Source: Octopus sinensis (taxonomy: Eukaryota). Taken from it: a stretch of 22,180 nucleotides of DNA. The position numbers were made by a program, and so were the translations under genes. The number at the start of each line of letters is the position of its first letter. Position 1 is the first letter of the stretch. The notes under the pieces are model-generated. The model did no database searches, had not been told where the DNA came from, and saw nothing but the letters and a program-made list of their open reading frames with translations. The stretch covers positions 1 to 22,180 of the forward strand of contig NW_021836984.1 of assembly GCF_006345805.1 (NCBI RefSeq). The letters are read 5' to 3'. Shown here one piece after another: positions 21,636-22,180 of this stretch.

Positions 21636-21852
21636 ATGTCCCTCGTTTAAGAAACAGATTGGGTTTATTTACATTAGTGAAGAAAAAAAGATACCCTTCC
21701 CCCCACCCCTAACCCTAACCCTCACTAACCCTAACTAACCCAAACCCTAAAACAGATTGAAATGCAATAGATCTATACTAGGCTCATAGTTATGGGTGAC
21801 AATTTCATATGACACCGCTAGAAAAAAACTGCCGTTCAAACCGAGAAGATCC
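21636..21852. mobile_element. Truncated MITE-like element containing telomere-like repeats
   Basis: Ends AAAACTGCCGTTCAAACCGAGAAGATCC followed by TA. I recall this as a TIR of an abundant octopus MITE; only one end is present, so TIR status cannot be shown here. Confidence 0.45.
21707..21750 (-). repeat. Interstitial telomere-like (TTAGGG)n degenerate tract
   Basis: Four exact CCCTAA units plus variants CCCTCA, CTAA and CCCAAA on the plus strand. Confidence 0.8.
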
Positions 21853-21889
21853 TATTACTGTATTTACTTGAAGCACATATGCATATTGA

Positions 21890-22180
21890 GGCACATGGCC
21901 AAGTGGTTAGAGCAGCGGACTCGCAGTCGATGGATCGCGGGTTCGAATCTCAGACCGGGCGATGTGTGTGTTTATGAGCGAAACATCTAAGCTTCGTGCG
22001 GCTCCGGCCGAAGATAATGGCGAACTTCTGCTGACTCTTTCACCACAACTTTCTCTCACTCTTTCCTCCTGCATCTTGCAGCTCACATGCGACGGACCGG
22101 CGTCCCATCGAGGTTGGGAACCTATACGCCAAGGAAACCGGGAAACCGGCCAGGCGTGGCTGGAGAAGGAACAAACAATA
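21890..22180 (+). mobile_element. tRNA-derived SINE (family 4)
   Basis: A-box TGGCCAAGTGG (21896-21906), B-box GGTTCGAATCT (21940-21950), no complete tRNA cloverleaf, non-tRNA body, (AAC)-type tail at the window end. Confidence 0.85.

Noticed and set aside
10831-21738. Poly-K/S/L/I/M/T/P ORFs
   Set aside because: Reading frames through GAA, AAT, GAT, GTA and CCA arrays; no splice or domain support.
21890-21962. Possible tRNA gene
   Set aside because: A and B boxes are present, but the acceptor stem does not close and the sequence continues into a SINE body.

Overview
AT-rich, repeat-saturated, non-coding eukaryotic window. The repeat families (tRNA-headed SINEs, mariner MITE, RTE, CR1/L2-like and R4/Dong-like LINE remnants) and the extreme (TA)n/(CA)n/(ATT)n/(TCTA)n load look like an octopus (coleoid cephalopod) intron or intergenic region; this is inferred from recognition, not from a database search. 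No host exon can be supported. Nearly all listed ORFs are translations of microsatellites or SINEs, and the only real protein-coding remnants are transposon fragments. Highlights: (1) a minimal type-I hammerhead ribozyme motif at 547-592; (2) a hairpin-rich ~140-147 bp tandem-array element inserted in a SINE head (1148-~1898); (3) a SINE with a 4x internal tandem amplification; (4) a perfect 208-bp inverted duplication with template-switch junction signatures (3411-4031); (5) a 40-nt 3' tail shared by a CR1/L2-like LINE and the main SINE family, with a compensatory base-pair change; (6) that LINE inserted into the zinc knuckle of an R4/Dong-like element; (7) two Dong-like 3' ends stacked in (TAA)n arrays; (8) a probable MITE fragment carrying telomere-like repeats and a G-quadruplex motif.
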